A DNA stretch of 24,000 bases, from positions 511,809-535,808 of the forward strand of contig JAFLBH010000001.1 of the NCBI GenBank assembly GCA_017303905.1. The letters are read 5' to 3'. The DNA comes from Bacteroidota bacterium. Lineage in GTDB: Bacteria > Bacteroidota > Bacteroidia > B-17B0 > Aurantibacillaceae. The position numbers were made by a program, and so were the translations under genes. The notes under the pieces are model-generated. The model ran no database searches. It had not been told where the DNA came from and saw only the letters and a program-made list of their open reading frames with translations. Positions 23,426 to 24,000 of the stretch are shown piece after piece; position 1 is the stretch's first letter, and every line of letters starts with the position of its first letter.

Positions 23426-24000
23426 ATGGTCAGATTTAAAAATTTGATTAAATTAGCCTTAAATCAAATTGTTTTGGAATTTAATAAAAAGCACTTATAT
23501 ATAGTACTTCTTACCGCGTTTGTTTTTTCTTACGGGTTTATTTCTTTCACGGCTCATTACATTAGAAAAGTTAATCCTAATAATGAAAGTAAGTCAAGCC
23601 AAAGTCTTGTCGCGAACACCATGATTTATAGTCCGGATGATTACTGGTACGTAAATCAATATAAAAACTGGCGAGAAGGAAAGGGATTTACGATTGATCC
23701 GGCGTATAAAAACTTAAGCGTCCGCCGTACACCGGTATACCCAATAATTTATGGGTTTTTTACCTATGAATTCGGATATGAGAACGGAATTGTTTTATTA
23801 AGGTATTTCCAAATAATACTTTTCTGTATTTCTGCGTGGTTAATTTATTTGATAGTGTTGGGATTAACTCAGAGGACAAGGAACGCATTAATTGCGGCCA
23901 TACTATATGGGGTTTGTCCGTTTATATCAAGCTATTTGCCTTTTACTATTACAGAGTCCATTACTCCTTTTTTTGTTGTTCTGACTGTTTATAGTTATAT
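23426..24000 (+). CDS. Partial CDS (N-terminal ~191 codons; continues past window end): polytopic membrane glycosyltransferase, GT39/ArnT-like
   Basis: Absent from the ORF track because there is no stop in the window. ATG 23426 gives MVRFKNLIKLALNQIVLEFNKKHLYIVLLTAFVFSYGFISF...DDYWYVNQYKNWREGKGF...RRTPVYPIIYGFF...LLRYFQIILFCISAWLIYLIV...ALIAAILYGVCPF. The multiple TM helices and the R-x-P-x-YP loop resemble ArnT/PMT-family enzymes. Confidence 0.5.
   Translation, partial: MVRFKNLIKLALNQIVLEFNKKHLYIVLLTAFVFSYGFISFTAHYIRKVNPNNESKSSQSLVANTMIYSPDDYWYVNQYKNWREGKGFTIDPAYKNLSVRRTPVYPIIYGFFTYEFGYENGIVLLRYFQIILFCISAWLIYLIVLGLTQRTRNALIAAILYGVCPFISSYLPFTITESITPFFVVLTVYSY

Overview
The window looks like a chromosomal segment of a low-GC Bacteroidota genome. 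Supporting signs are a T9SS C-terminal sorting domain, a TonB-dependent receptor with a CarboxypepD_reg N-terminus, lipoprotein signal peptides and TPR-SpoIIE phosphatases. Core genes run in this order: a partial small STAS-like gene, TPR/SpoIIE phosphatase, radA, a YceI-like lipoprotein, a CarboxypepD_reg-like lipoprotein, a 7-blade SBBP beta-propeller T9SS cargo protein, an OmpA-family protein, holB, dprA, a TonB-dependent receptor, a 2H phosphoesterase (LigT-like), a second TPR/SpoIIE phosphatase, ferritin, a beta-lactamase-family serine hydrolase, a secreted hypothetical protein, a YafK-like L,D-transpeptidase and a partial GT39/ArnT-like membrane protein. Three accessory insertions lie between these genes. 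(1) An AT-rich type II restriction-modification island at 9021-11639 has a C-box, a C protein and an HNH nuclease, convergent with vsr and a Dcm-like C5-methyltransferase. (2) A DUF559 (Vsr-fold) endonuclease gene is embedded in a cluster of ~170-200 bp nested-hairpin repeats, with a fourth copy at 7459-7634. These repeats differ by compensatory changes and structured hairpin expansions. (3) A four-helix-bundle (23S rRNA IVS-type, Avd-like) gene is bracketed by an 80 bp direct duplication of the radA upstream region. The structured repeat family and its link to DUF559 is my best candidate for something undescribed. I saw no rRNA, tRNA or CRISPR. All homology calls are made by eye from motifs, with no database search.
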